64,000 nt of DNA from Leptospirales bacterium (GCA_040326155.1 JBEQLE010000016.1:1-64000); one strand, 5' to 3'. Shown: positions 1 through 9,203, counted from the first letter of the stretch. A program made the numbers and translations. Notes: generated from the letters alone by a model not told the origin.

Positions 1-343
1 ATTTCTTTTTGTACTTGGATGGATCTATATCAAACCCGGCGACAATCTGTATCATGATCTTGCTGAAACCACGATACTGAAGCACAGCATTACCAATATT
101 TCCCATGCCAATCAGAATTACCCGCTGTAGTTCATCTTTGCGAAAAATGCCATTTATTGTGAATACTAGTTCATTAATGTTGTAACCGCCCTTGCGCTTG
201 CCCTTGATCCCAAATTGGGAAAAATCCTTACGAACCTGCTCTGGAGTTACACCAATTTCCCTGCCCAACGACGTTGCCCCTTTGCCACTTGGCAAAAGAA
301 GCTTACGTACCATTTCTTTTTTAAATTCGTCTTTGAATTTCAT
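1..343 (-). CDS. rex: Redox-sensing transcriptional repressor Rex-like protein, 3' end outside the window, with an atypical IS3-like N-terminus
   Basis: Not in the ORF track. Manual translation from ATG 343 (GGAGG upstream): MKFKDEFKKEMVRKLLLPSGKGATSLGREIGVTPEQVRKDFSQFGIKGKRKGGY...VILIGMGNIGNAVLQYRGF...IVAGFDIDPSK. QVRKDxSxFG, the GxGxxG Rossmann motif and AGFDID are Rex hallmarks. Confidence 0.88.
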   Translation of the reverse strand, partial: MKFKDEFKKEMVRKLLLPSGKGATSLGREIGVTPEQVRKDFSQFGIKGKRKGGYNINELVFTINGIFRKDELQRVILIGMGNIGNAVLQYRGFSKIMIQIVAGFDIDPSKYKKK

Positions 344-362
344 TTATTCCTCCATTTATTTG

Positions 363-383
363 GAGGCGACAACTACCCTGAGA
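363..383 (-). mobile_element. Degenerate IS3-family left terminal inverted repeat
   Basis: Minus strand reads TCTCAGGGTAGTTGTCGCCTC, resembling the TGTCA..TAGTTGTCGC ends of IS3-family elements. It sits about 20 bp upstream of an IS3 OrfA-like N-terminus. Confidence 0.55.
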
Positions 384-435
384 AGCTCCGTTTATTGGTA
401 GACAAAGTGTTATTATTTAGTAATCTAATTCATCC

Positions 436-1083
436 ATGCAAAAAATAATGATACTTAAAAATAACTGCAGGATTATTTTCATTGCTACTACCTTGTTGTT
501 TATTTTTTTTGCATTTGGTAAAGTGGGTTATAAAATACAAAGAACCCTTAACGATTGTCAGCACCAAAGATCGATAAAATACTGTGGTCCAATTGACTGT
601 ACAGATTGTTATGCCAATTTCGGCCTAATGAAAAAAGTGCAAATAATTATTTGGTATGCTTTCAAAAAATTTGGTTGGTCTTTTATATTAATATTAATCT
701 CTTTCACGTTTATTATTTTTGTCATTATGATTAGGCAAATTTTTTCCAATTGGTTTTTAGGTTTATCTAAAGTTAAAAAATATTTTTTCCTTCAAATTAT
801 AATTATTTTAGGAATTGAACTATTCCATACAGCTTTAGAAATTCAGTCGTTAGAACACCCTGGTATTAATCCAGGCCCAATGCCCTTATCAAGCCCTGAT
901 GTTACTTATTTTTTACTGCATTGGATACCAAATTTCATAATATTTTTATTTTCGTTATTGACTTTAAATATAGAAGTCTTAAAAACTTACAAACTTTATA
1001 TTTTTATTCACTTATTACCCAGTGTTGTGCTAATTTTTCCCCACAAGAAAAATTTAAAACAAATTGAACAAATAAAAAAATAA
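436..1083 (+). CDS. Hypothetical multi-pass membrane protein
   Basis: 215-aa, very AT-rich ORF with about five hydrophobic segments and a small Cys-rich loop (CGPIDCTDC). Confidence 0.6.
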   Translation: MQKIMILKNNCRIIFIATTLLFIFFAFGKVGYKIQRTLNDCQHQRSIKYCGPIDCTDCYANFGLMKKVQIIIWYAFKKFGWSFILILISFTFIIFVIMIRQIFSNWFLGLSKVKKYFFLQIIIILGIELFHTALEIQSLEHPGINPGPMPLSSPDVTYFLLHWIPNFIIFLFSLLTLNIEVLKTYKLYIFIHLLPSVVLIFPHKKNLKQIEQIKK

Positions 1084-1197
1084 GTAATCAGATCTTTTTA
1101 ACACCATTCCAAACCTCATCTTTTTGTAAGCGTCAAATTCAACCATCCTTGTGTTTTTTTTCCAATCGTGATACTCTTCCTAATAACGGAGGATACA

Positions 1198-1500
1198 ATG
1201 AAAAAACAAAATATAGACTGGGCAAGTTTGGTCAAAGAGTGGCAACAATCTAACGAAAGCCAAGCAGCATTTTGTCAGAATCGTAATCTGGCTTATTGGA
1301 CATTCAGGGCGCATTTGAAAAAAAATGGAGCAAGCCCGGCTACACCGCGACGAAGAAAAAAAGAAACACCTTTTATTAAATTACCCACAGAGAAATTTCC
1401 GGAAAGCCAAAACTCTCAACAGCCTGATAAACCATGGCTTGCGATCCATCTCGGGTCGGGTGGATTTAGATTTGAAGTTAATTTCAACTGGGGGCGATAA
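1198..1500 (+). CDS. tnpA: IS66 accessory protein TnpA (OrfA)
   Basis: W..LVKEWQQSNESQAAFCQNRNLAYWTFRAHLKK is the typical IS66 TnpA HTH. GGAGG precedes ATG 1198. Confidence 0.8.
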   Translation: MKKQNIDWASLVKEWQQSNESQAAFCQNRNLAYWTFRAHLKKNGASPATPRRRKKETPFIKLPTEKFPESQNSQQPDKPWLAIHLGSGGFRFEVNFNWGR

Positions 1501-1570
1501 TGTTTTTCCCGGAAGATTATAATATTTATCTGCGTCCCGGTATAACCAATAAATATCCATGGCCTTTTGT
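1500..1570 (+). pseudogene. IS66 TnpB N-terminal fragment
   Basis: MFFPEDYNIYLRPGIT matches the TnpB start (IYL.PG.TDMRK). The DMRK motif is missing, and an IHGL-like continuation lies in another frame. Confidence 0.65.
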
Positions 1571-1628
1571 TTTTGATGCTATTGAGTATACTTGGTACTG
1601 TTTTTTTACTTTTTGCATTTCGTCTTCT

Positions 1629-1791
1629 GTGGGGAAAAAACCACCCCCTCGGTAATCCATTCAAACGGAGCGCCGCAAAAATATCGTATTGGGTGATGGA
1701 ATAATTTTAATTATGGAATCAGGGAAAAGCCGAATATACGCGCAGAGAACAAAACTCACTTTTACCTTTAAGTAGAAATTAAACCTATTGG
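1629..1791 (+). repeat. ~160-bp imperfect direct repeat, copy 1 (copy 2 at 29581-29930)
   Basis: Shared sequence gtggggaaaaa.ccacccc..tcggtaat...atatcgtattgggtgatggaataattttaattatggaatcagggaaaagccgaa.atacgcgcagagaacaaaactcacttttacctttaa...aattaaacctattgg. Confidence 0.95.
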
Positions 1792-1883
1792 GAAAAACCA
1801 ATCCGGAATTTTTTCCTTGCCTCTATAAAGAACTATACTAAAATGAAATATAACTAACGGAAAACAATACAATAATTCCCAGT

Positions 1884-2783
1884 ATGAAACAAACAAGTAA
1901 AGCAAACTCCGAGGCAAGCAACTCCGGTTTCACCGCACGCCCCGACGCGATGGACTTTCGCGATCGAATGTACAATCCGCCCTTGATCGCAGTGCCGCCA
2001 GAACAACCGCTCGAAGATTACCTGAAGTTGAAAGTTCCCATTCTCGATCAACTCACCGAAGGCGCGTGTATCGGTTATGCAATCGCGACAATGATCCATT
2101 ACCAGCTTTGCTCGCGTGCTTTTTCTGAGACCAAACCCGCCAAAGCAAAACTGCCCTCCGACAAAACGGCTAGCAAAAAATCTGCGCATAAAATCGAAAA
2201 AATCAGCGTGGGCATGCTCTACGAAATGGCGAGGCGCTACGACGAGTGGCCGGGCAGAAACTACCTCGGTTCGAGTGCGCGCGGTGCCATGAAGGGTTGG
2301 TACAAACACGGAGTCTGCGCTGAATCACTGTGGCCCTACGACCCGGAAAACCCTGATCGTTTGTTAACCGACGAACGAGCAGCCGACGCGGCAAAGCGAC
2401 CGTTGGGCGTCTACTACCGAGTTCCACACCGAGACCTGAGCGCGATGCACGCAGCTTTAACCGAATGCGGGGTTTTGTTTGCCGCATCAGTTGTTCATGC
2501 TGGCTGGAAAAAGGTTGGTGATAACCTCAAAAAAGAGAAGGCGATTATCCAACGAGAATCCCGTTCGGTCGGTGGTCACGCTTTTGCCCTGGTTGGGTAT
2601 GACGCCGAAGGCTTCTGGGTGCAAAACTCCTGGGGCAAAAACTGGGGCTATAAAGGTTATGCGAAATTATTATACGACGATTGGCTCGCTAATGGGCAAG
2701 ACGTTTGGGTCGGGAGACTTGGTGTACCGGTGAAAATGTCAGGTGGTGTTAGTGCGGTGAAGAAAGCTGCGGGGGGTCGGTAG
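1884..2783 (+). CDS. Papain-like (C1 family) cysteine peptidase
   Basis: DQLTEGAC (oxyanion Gln and catalytic Cys), GGHAFALVGYD (His), QNSWG (Asn). Confidence 0.92.
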   Translation: MKQTSKANSEASNSGFTARPDAMDFRDRMYNPPLIAVPPEQPLEDYLKLKVPILDQLTEGACIGYAIATMIHYQLCSRAFSETKPAKAKLPSDKTASKKSAHKIEKISVGMLYEMARRYDEWPGRNYLGSSARGAMKGWYKHGVCAESLWPYDPENPDRLLTDERAADAAKRPLGVYYRVPHRDLSAMHAALTECGVLFAASVVHAGWKKVGDNLKKEKAIIQRESRSVGGHAFALVGYDAEGFWVQNSWGKNWGYKGYAKLLYDDWLANGQDVWVGRLGVPVKMSGGVSAVKKAAGGR

Positions 2784-2883
2784 ACTGAACGAGTGTCTAT
2801 TTCATATTAAGAAGTGCCATAAACTCTTCAGCAGAGAATACGGAAATTTCTGAATGCTTACTATATTTTTATAAAAACAATTG

Positions 2884-2921
2884 TTGCTAAATACGATAGC
2901 ATTTCGTATATTGTATCGTAT
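2884..2921 (+). promoter_or_regulatory. Sigma70-type promoter overlapped by a palindromic operator of the vapBC pair
   Basis: TTGCTA(2884)-17 nt-TATATT(2907). Inverted repeat ATACGATA (2891-2898) / TATCGTAT (2914-2921). Confidence 0.55.
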
Positions 2922-3138
2922 GAAGGTAACAGCATTAATCCCGGATGACATTGTTAACGAAGTAAAAAGTTATTCCGGCGGTAAAAACATTACGGATTCA
3001 ATCACTATTGCATTAAAAGACTGGTTAAAAATTCAGAAAATAAAAAATTTAAATACAAAAATTGAGCAAAAGCCATTAGAGTTTGCAAATGACTATTCTG
3101 CTGACAATGTTAGAAGTATAAGTAGAAAAAAAAATTAA
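2920..3138 (+). CDS. vapB: VapB-type antitoxin (RHH/DUF2191-like)
   Basis: MKVTALIPDDIVNEVK...KNITDSITIALKDWLK, abutting a PIN toxin gene. Confidence 0.8.
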   Translation: MKVTALIPDDIVNEVKSYSGGKNITDSITIALKDWLKIQKIKNLNTKIEQKPLEFANDYSADNVRSISRKKN

Positions 3139-3516
3139 ATGGTTTTAATCGACACTTCCGTTTGGATAGAGTTTTTAAGAGGCAATGGAAAGTTTTTTAA
3201 TCATGTTTCAGAACTATTAGAATCAGGCAATGTTCACTGCGTTGAAGCAATATTTGCAGAATTACTCCAAGGTGCAAATAATAAACGAGAAATTGAAATT
3301 ATTACTGCCTATTGGAACAACATTCATAATTCAAATGAAAAGGGGTTATGGATTGAGTCAGGTAAATTATCTTATGAGAAAAAATTGTTTAATAAAGATG
3401 TTGGCATTATTGATTCAATGATAATTGCATATGCCATAAAATACAATATAAAAGTATGGAGCCTTGATAAAAAGCTTCTGTCGATTCTTGATAGGAATTT
3501 AATTTATAAACCCTAA
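3139..3516 (+). CDS. vapC: PIN-domain ribonuclease toxin VapC
   Basis: VLIDTSVWIEFL, AELLQGA, DSMIIA and SLDK acidic PIN motifs. Confidence 0.92.
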   Translation: MVLIDTSVWIEFLRGNGKFFNHVSELLESGNVHCVEAIFAELLQGANNKREIEIITAYWNNIHNSNEKGLWIESGKLSYEKKLFNKDVGIIDSMIIAYAIKYNIKVWSLDKKLLSILDRNLIYKP

Positions 3517-3587
3517 GCTGTTATATACAATATTATATTGACGGTGTAGACCATATTTAGTGTCATATATGGTACTGAGGATAAATA

Positions 3588-3869
3588 ATGAACTCTAAAG
3601 AAGATATTCGACCGATTTCGTATATTAAATCACATGCTGCAGAAATACTAAAGCAAGTCAACAATACTCATCGACCAATTTATATAACACAAAATGGGGA
3701 AGCAACAGCGGTATTGATTGATACGGAAAGTTTTGAGAAAATGCAAAAAACACTGGGAATACTGAAGATTCTAGCGATGGGAGAAAAAGATGTTGAAAGG
3801 GGAAATGTTATAGATCAATCAAAACTATTTTCCGATATTGAAAAAAAATATTTCAAAAATGCCAAATAA
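3588..3869 (+). CDS. Phd/YefM family antitoxin
   Basis: IRPISYIKSHAAEILKQV...PIYITQNGEATAVL; overlaps a RelE/ParE gene. Confidence 0.92.
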   Translation: MNSKEDIRPISYIKSHAAEILKQVNNTHRPIYITQNGEATAVLIDTESFEKMQKTLGILKILAMGEKDVERGNVIDQSKLFSDIEKKYFKNAK

Positions 3870-4191
3870 AGTTTTTAACGTCCTTTGGTCTAAAGTCGCT
3901 GCAAAAGATTTAGATGGAATCATATCTTTTATTGCTGAAGATAATTTGGATGGAGCTTTCGCGATATATTCAGAAATAAAAATAGCAGCTTCAGAATTAA
4001 CCCATTTTCCAACTCGTGGTCGAGTTGTACCGGAACTGGAAAAATTTGCAATTATAATCTATCGAGAAATAATTATTAACGTCTGGCGTATACTTTATCG
4101 GATAGAAGGAAATCGGGTATACGTTTTAGCCGTATTTGATAGTAGACGAAATATTGAAGATCTGTTACTGGAGAGGTTTATAAAAGATTAA
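3859..4191 (+). CDS. RelE/ParE family toxin
   Basis: VLWSKVAAKDLDGI...FPTRGRVVPEL...WRILYRIEGNRVYVLAVFDSRR. Confidence 0.92.
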   Translation: MPNKVFNVLWSKVAAKDLDGIISFIAEDNLDGAFAIYSEIKIAASELTHFPTRGRVVPELEKFAIIIYREIIINVWRILYRIEGNRVYVLAVFDSRRNIEDLLLERFIKD

Positions 4192-4231
4192 GTATTATCA
4201 CAACCCACACCACCACCTCTAAACTTTCGCC

Positions 4232-4575
4232 CTAAGAATATTCAAAAAGATCCCAATAAAACTTACCCTCTTCTCCTCTAGCAAAGCATTGATAAGGCTC
4301 TAGTAAACCTCGTTGATCTGAATCTAGTTGATTTAAGAAATGATCTTCTTCCAGCAGGTACATTGTACCACGACCCAGCAAAAGCCAATCCACGGAAACA
4401 TTAAAAGTCAAGGTCACTTTCATCAAAAACTCACTAGATGGAAAAGTGCCTTTCTCAACACGACCGATATATGATCGACGATGCCAGTTTTTTCTGCGAT
4501 TTCCCTCTGTGAATATCCAATAGATTTCCGAAATAAGGCAAGGCGTAGGCCAATATTTTCATCTGAACTCGACAT
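4232..4575 (-). pseudogene. Frameshifted XRE-family HTH regulator, paralog of 8468-8836
   Basis: MSSSDENIGLRLALFRKSIGYSQREIAEK, then a frame break near 4480-4495, then RSYIGRVEKGTFPSSEFLMKVTLTFNVSVDWLLLG. Confidence 0.85.
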
Positions 4576-4603
4576 TTGTCCTAATGTTGACGTTGAACTG
4601 CTT

Positions 4604-4864
4604 TGAAAGCAAGTTCAACTTTGAGAAGAATCGCATGGGCGGTTGGTAAACAGATGATGAAAACGGCAGAAGATATTATGGATTTTCTGCCGCAAGTTAT
4701 TGATAAGAAGCTTGTTTGCAAACGTTGTCGAGATAAGAGTAAATGGAAGATTGCGTTTTCTTTGGCAGAGTTGATAGAAATAACGCTGTTTTGATAAAAT
4801 CTATTATTAGAGATTGATTGGGGGGAAGGTTGGTTGGGGAGTGCGGGTGGGGTTTATTTGTGGT
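4604..4864 (+). pseudogene. Degenerate near-identical copy of the small Cys-rich protein gene 8964-9203 and its 3' flank
   Basis: DNA nearly identical to 8989-9234. Lacks the MAYTPEFS start and has a 1-nt indel at KSKC (aaatggaagattg vs aaatgtaaagattg). Confidence 0.92.
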
Positions 4865-5060
4865 GAAAGGGGTTAAAACCCCGGAATCTCTTTTTGATCA
4901 TTCTGGTGTGTATGCCATAAACACTTCAGAAGATAATACGGGAATTCCTGAAAACCTAAAATATTTTTCTTCCGGGTAATCTTATCATCAATATTTGTTT
5001 CTAGCGCTTCATGCTTGTCTGAAGTATGGTTATTTTTCGACCCGCCATACGAGCACTCTC

Positions 5061-6314
5061 TCAATCTTCCTTTGGGAAATTAAAGATCTTCTGGTTACTA
5101 CGTTTTATAATATCATTTGCCTGTATATTTTTTGCTTTGGTGGTTTTACCATCACGTAAGATTTCTATGTCTCTAGTGTAGTCGCGCATTTTTGCCAGGA
5201 ATTCTTGATAATGTTTTGTACTAGCAGGATTTTCTTGCATGGTCAAAGTGTGTAATTCTCTAAACGATATTCCCCGTTCGTAGCCTGCAACAAAATCCAT
5301 TATTTTCGGTTGTAACCTGTCTTGCACTACTGCATCGTCATCTTCATTGATATTAAACAAATTACCCATTAGTTCCTCGTCTTCAAGAGGAACTTTAAAA
5401 GATAAACCAAATATTTCATATTGATACTGGTAGATATTATTATGAAACCAAAGTGCGTCTTTGATTACCTTTTGTGCCGTAGGATTATTTGCTAAATGAA
5501 TTAGATAATACTTTACGGCCTGGCCATCCGTAATCATTCCAAATGAATAGGCATATTTGACCAATGCTTTTTCTCTAAATAATCTTATTGTTTCATTGCG
5601 TAAATATGATTGCCTGGAACGCACTAAATGGTTATGTTTGCCAAGGTCACGATAATAATTGCCAGCTTCGAGCAGATCGCCCAGCGAATGCTGCATTTGT
5701 TGATCACGCTTTTTGAGAAATCGCTGGATGAAATCAAGCATATAATTAACCAAAACTTCACTATTCCGTATAGACATGATTCGTCGTATGTTAGCCATAC
5801 TATAATCAGTATAGCCATATGGATCGATGAAAAAAAATGAATGCCCTTTTCTTGTTTCCACTACATTAATTAATCTATCAAAAATCGTAAGAAATTCGCC
5901 TTCAATTAAAGTGCAGGTTTTGTTGATTAAATGATGTTCGAGGTTATTATCTTTGATCTGCTTTCTTAAACAATCCAAGTGGTTTTTATTACTATCAGCG
6001 AATATAAAGTGTACATCTAAAATAAAGCCAGGTTTCCCTTTTTGTGTTTGTACAAAATGCAATGCCTTTGCAACACTATTCATAAAACGAATGGGAGAGC
6101 CAAGCCAGTTGCTCTCATTTTTGGGGTCTTCATAAATACCACCACCGCAAAATGCGTCAATAATAGTTAAAGTTGAGCTCTGACCTACATGGTTAGAGCA
6201 TAGTGTAACCACCCAGTCGTGAATGTATTGTTCAACCACTTCATGTTTTTTTCTGGTGTGTTCTTCTAGAGTTGGCAACATCGTGCCATCTGGTGACCAA
6301 TCATCTTTTGCCAT
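5061..6314 (-). CDS. tcmP: Three-Cys-motif partner protein TcmP (SAM-methyltransferase-like fold)
   Basis: HTRKKHEVVEQY, IDAFCGGG.Y, GSP and FFFIDPYGY motifs; directly downstream of DUF5131. Confidence 0.85.
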   Translation of the reverse strand: MAKDDWSPDGTMLPTLEEHTRKKHEVVEQYIHDWVVTLCSNHVGQSSTLTIIDAFCGGGIYEDPKNESNWLGSPIRFMNSVAKALHFVQTQKGKPGFILDVHFIFADSNKNHLDCLRKQIKDNNLEHHLINKTCTLIEGEFLTIFDRLINVVETRKGHSFFFIDPYGYTDYSMANIRRIMSIRNSEVLVNYMLDFIQRFLKKRDQQMQHSLGDLLEAGNYYRDLGKHNHLVRSRQSYLRNETIRLFREKALVKYAYSFGMITDGQAVKYYLIHLANNPTAQKVIKDALWFHNNIYQYQYEIFGLSFKVPLEDEELMGNLFNINEDDDAVVQDRLQPKIMDFVAGYERGISFRELHTLTMQENPASTKHYQEFLAKMRDYTRDIEILRDGKTTKAKNIQANDIIKRSNQKIFNFPKED

Positions 6315-6331
6315 AATTTGCCTAGTAAGGT

Positions 6332-7102
6332 TTAGACCTGCTGGTATTGTTGTTGCCTTTGACCAATTGATGCGAGTAAATGTTCTGGCATGCTGTCAAA
6401 ATATTCACCTTTTAAAAGACGACCATTTGCTTTCTTATTAGTACCGCCCCATTGCTTAAAAAAGAAAGGGACATTATTCGTTTCACACTGCTCTTTTATA
6501 GAAAGCACCCAGTCTTCATGCATTGGCCTGGCTCTAGGACCACTTTCCCCACCAACAATGATCCAGTCGATTTTAGATATATTAATTTGACCGAGATCTT
6601 CAAGCAATGGCTCTATGGAAATAAATTTATTAGCATTATTCATTGACTGCAAATAATCTAACCTTGGTAAACCATCTTTGATATTTTCAATGGTTACACC
6701 TAACCAGATGTGTTCTAAATGAGAGTACTTTTTTAACTCGTTTGCAAATAAGTGTGTCATTCTTTCTGCACGTTTGGTTACGATTTGAAATTGATGCCAA
6801 TTTGCCTGCTCCATCGTATCAAAACATTGAACAATATATTCCGTAGGAATATTTTCATGAAACAGATCACTCATTGAATTGACAAATATCCGTTTACTTT
6901 TTTTCCATTTCAACGGTTCTTGTAATTTATGAGGTATTAGCTGAAGGTCAAAACCATTTTCAAAAGGATGATCTTTAACTCCTCGGAATCTTTCTGCAAA
7001 GGTTCTAGCATAACAATTTTGACAACCGGCGCTCACGCTTGAACAACCACGAACCGGGTTCCATGTGGCATCAGTCCACTCTATTTTGCTTATAATACTC
7101 AT
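6332..7102 (-). CDS. DUF5131 / phage Gp37Gp68 family protein (three-Cys motif)
   Basis: SKIEWTDATWNPVRGCSSVSAGCQNCYA, IFVNSMSDLFH, WIIVGGESG, FFFKQWGG. Confidence 0.95.
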   Translation of the reverse strand: MSIISKIEWTDATWNPVRGCSSVSAGCQNCYARTFAERFRGVKDHPFENGFDLQLIPHKLQEPLKWKKSKRIFVNSMSDLFHENIPTEYIVQCFDTMEQANWHQFQIVTKRAERMTHLFANELKKYSHLEHIWLGVTIENIKDGLPRLDYLQSMNNANKFISIEPLLEDLGQINISKIDWIIVGGESGPRARPMHEDWVLSIKEQCETNNVPFFFKQWGGTNKKANGRLLKGEYFDSMPEHLLASIGQRQQQYQQV

Positions 7103-7229
7103 GATTTAGTATCGGTGTGTTTTACCGAGCTTGAAACAATAATACTATATTACTATACGGAAGTCAAGTATAATACAATTGTCTTTTCTGTAATTAACAT
7201 TAAGTTGTATGTTGAAAGGGATTTATGCT

Positions 7230-8081
7230 TCATTCTTGTATAAGGTAGTGTGTTTGTGACCGACCTTCACCTTTGGTGACAAGTTGGCAGCCAAGGCGTT
7301 CAACCATTGGACTGATATTCCCATTCTCTTCAAGCCACTCTTCGTAGCCCCGAATGGACGGGCCTCCAACGTTGATTACGAACTCAATGCCATAGAAGCA
7401 AAAGACGAAAAGTGTTTCTCGGTGCTTATTCATAAACCAACAGCAACCAAAGCCAACTTGAACCCACTCGTTTGTTTCTGGGTGGCGCATCATAGTCTTT
7501 TCTGGGTAAATCCGTCGCTGAGAGTACGGCCATTCTGTGTAGTTGGTTCCGTAACGAGTGTAGGTACGAATATTGTCATAAAATTCTGCATCCACAACTT
7601 CTTCCGTACCACCATCAACTGATGCAAACGTCTCAGCGACTGTCTCTAGTGCCATTTTGCAAAGGAAGCGAGACATCTCTCGTATTGGCGGTTTCATCTC
7701 AATCGAAAAAAGAAAACCGTTCGGGAGGCCTGCTTCGAATTCTACCTTCAAGTGTTTGCTATCTAATGATCGCTCTGTTTCAACTTTTGGTTTTCCCTCT
7801 TGATCAAGACGAAGACCGATTCCGATATCTGTGCCACCAATATGCCCACGAAGTGATGGAAACTTTCCGCGCTTATTGGGAACCTGATACCAAGCCCTGA
7901 GGTTTCTCATCGACGGATGGCTGAGAACTGGTCCTTCAATTTTTCGAGCGAAATAGTTATTGCATTTATCGCACACGACACCACGCGGAAGTACTCGCTT
8001 CTTGCTACCGATGGATTCCGGCATGATGTGTTCGACGCTTTTTGACGAAGCGGAGTCTTTTTTACAGAAGATGCATCTCAC
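7230..8081 (-). CDS. HNH endonuclease with N-terminal CxxC...EH...CxxCN
   Basis: RCIFCK...SVEHIMPESIG...VCDKCNNYF. Confidence 0.85.
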   Translation of the reverse strand: MRCIFCKKDSASSKSVEHIMPESIGSKKRVLPRGVVCDKCNNYFARKIEGPVLSHPSMRNLRAWYQVPNKRGKFPSLRGHIGGTDIGIGLRLDQEGKPKVETERSLDSKHLKVEFEAGLPNGFLFSIEMKPPIREMSRFLCKMALETVAETFASVDGGTEEVVDAEFYDNIRTYTRYGTNYTEWPYSQRRIYPEKTMMRHPETNEWVQVGFGCCWFMNKHRETLFVFCFYGIEFVINVGGPSIRGYEEWLEENGNISPMVERLGCQLVTKGEGRSQTHYLIQE

Positions 8082-8467
8082 GGTCAGATCCTTGTGACAT
8101 TGATAATGTCAAACGAACGCATTAACCCTCGCGTACAATTGATTGAATTGTTGGGAATTTACTTTGTGTTGGTTAAAAGGCGTTCGTCCCTTACTTTTTC
8201 CTTTCCTTACGTAATTTTTCAGCAACCTCATCAATTTTATTGAGGTTGTCATGTCGAACTTCAGTCGGTGTGCCTTGTGCATCTCTAATCCGTTGTTTGG
8301 AGTATTCAAGCGATGTAAGAATTGTTTCAATTTGAATTTTATTTAAATCAATAAGCATAGTTTTCCATATATTAAGTAAATTCAGTTAATATACGATAAT
8401 CCATTTAGTTAAATCAAAATGTCAAATACTATATTTCCTTATCTTGACCCCAATACCAAATACGAAT

Positions 8468-8836
8468 CTAATCATCAAGCAAATTCAAAAATATCGGAAT
8501 AAACTTCTTTTTCTTATCTTCAGACAATTTAGAAATCGTCTCTATTAATTGTAAATAATCATGATCAACAATGCTCAGCAGGTTTGCCTTGTCTTTGAAA
8601 TTCATTTGACCTTCTCCGGATAAAAGCCAGTCAACGGATATATCGAAAGATTTAGTTAGTTTAAGCATGAAATCAAACGAAGGGGGCATACCATTTTCTA
8701 CCCTGCTAATATACGTTCGCTCAATCCCTGTATTTTCAGCTAATGACTTCTGCGAAAGTCCCTTTGTTTTTCGGTAATTATGTAACCTTAGCCCGATTCC
8801 TTCAAGATCAATGTTCATTATGTTCCATATATGCAC
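8468..8836 (-). CDS. XRE-family HTH transcriptional regulator
   Basis: IGLRLHNYRKTKGLSQKSLAENTGIERTYISRVENG...SVDWLLSGEG. Confidence 0.93.
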   Translation of the reverse strand: MHIWNIMNIDLEGIGLRLHNYRKTKGLSQKSLAENTGIERTYISRVENGMPPSFDFMLKLTKSFDISVDWLLSGEGQMNFKDKANLLSIVDHDYLQLIETISKLSEDKKKKFIPIFLNLLDD

Positions 8837-8963
8837 AAATATTGGGTGTGAGAAGCATTAATTTGCTAATTATTTGCATTTAAATGCTGTATCTGCACAA
8901 ATAGATTTGACAAATCGTCTCAACTTGCATATATTACACATAATAAAAGCTAAGGAGTAACAA

Positions 8964-9203
8964 ATGGCATACACACCGGAATTCAGCATGAAAGCAAGTT
9001 CAACTTTGAGAAGAATCGCATGGGCGGTTGGTAAACCGATGACGAAAACGGCGGAAGATATTATGGATTTTTTGCCGCAGGTCATTGATAAGAAGCTTGT
9101 CTGCAAGCGTTGTCGAGATAAGAGTAAATGTAAAGATTGCGTTTTCTTTGGTAGAGTAGATAGAAAGAACGCTGTTTTGATAAAATCTATTATTAAAGAT
9201 TGA
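8964..9203 (+). CDS. Small putative DNA-binding protein (RHH-like N-terminus, CxxC-x5-CxxC C-terminus), divergent from XRE
   Basis: AAGGAG RBS; MAYTPEFSMKASSTLRRIAWAVGKPMTK...VCKRCRDKSKCKDCVF. Confidence 0.8.
   Translation: MAYTPEFSMKASSTLRRIAWAVGKPMTKTAEDIMDFLPQVIDKKLVCKRCRDKSKCKDCVFFGRVDRKNAVLIKSIIKD

Larger units (their letters stand above)
1126..1570 (+). mobile_element. Truncated IS66-family element (left end, tnpA, 5' stub of tnpB; no tnpC)
   Basis: Begins GTAAGCGTC, the IS66-type terminus, at 1126. A tnpA-like ORF follows and overlaps (TAATG) a tnpB-like start that degenerates after a few codons. Confidence 0.8.

Noticed and set aside
192..448. Plus-strand ORFs 192-401 and 215-448
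   Set aside because: Antisense shadows of the rex frame on the minus strand.
4873..5064. 63-aa ORF overlapping the tcmP stop
   Set aside because: No motif or RBS recognised; cannot be supported as a gene.
8109..8330. 73-aa ORF between HNH and XRE
   Set aside because: TTG start, no recognisable family; at best a remnant.
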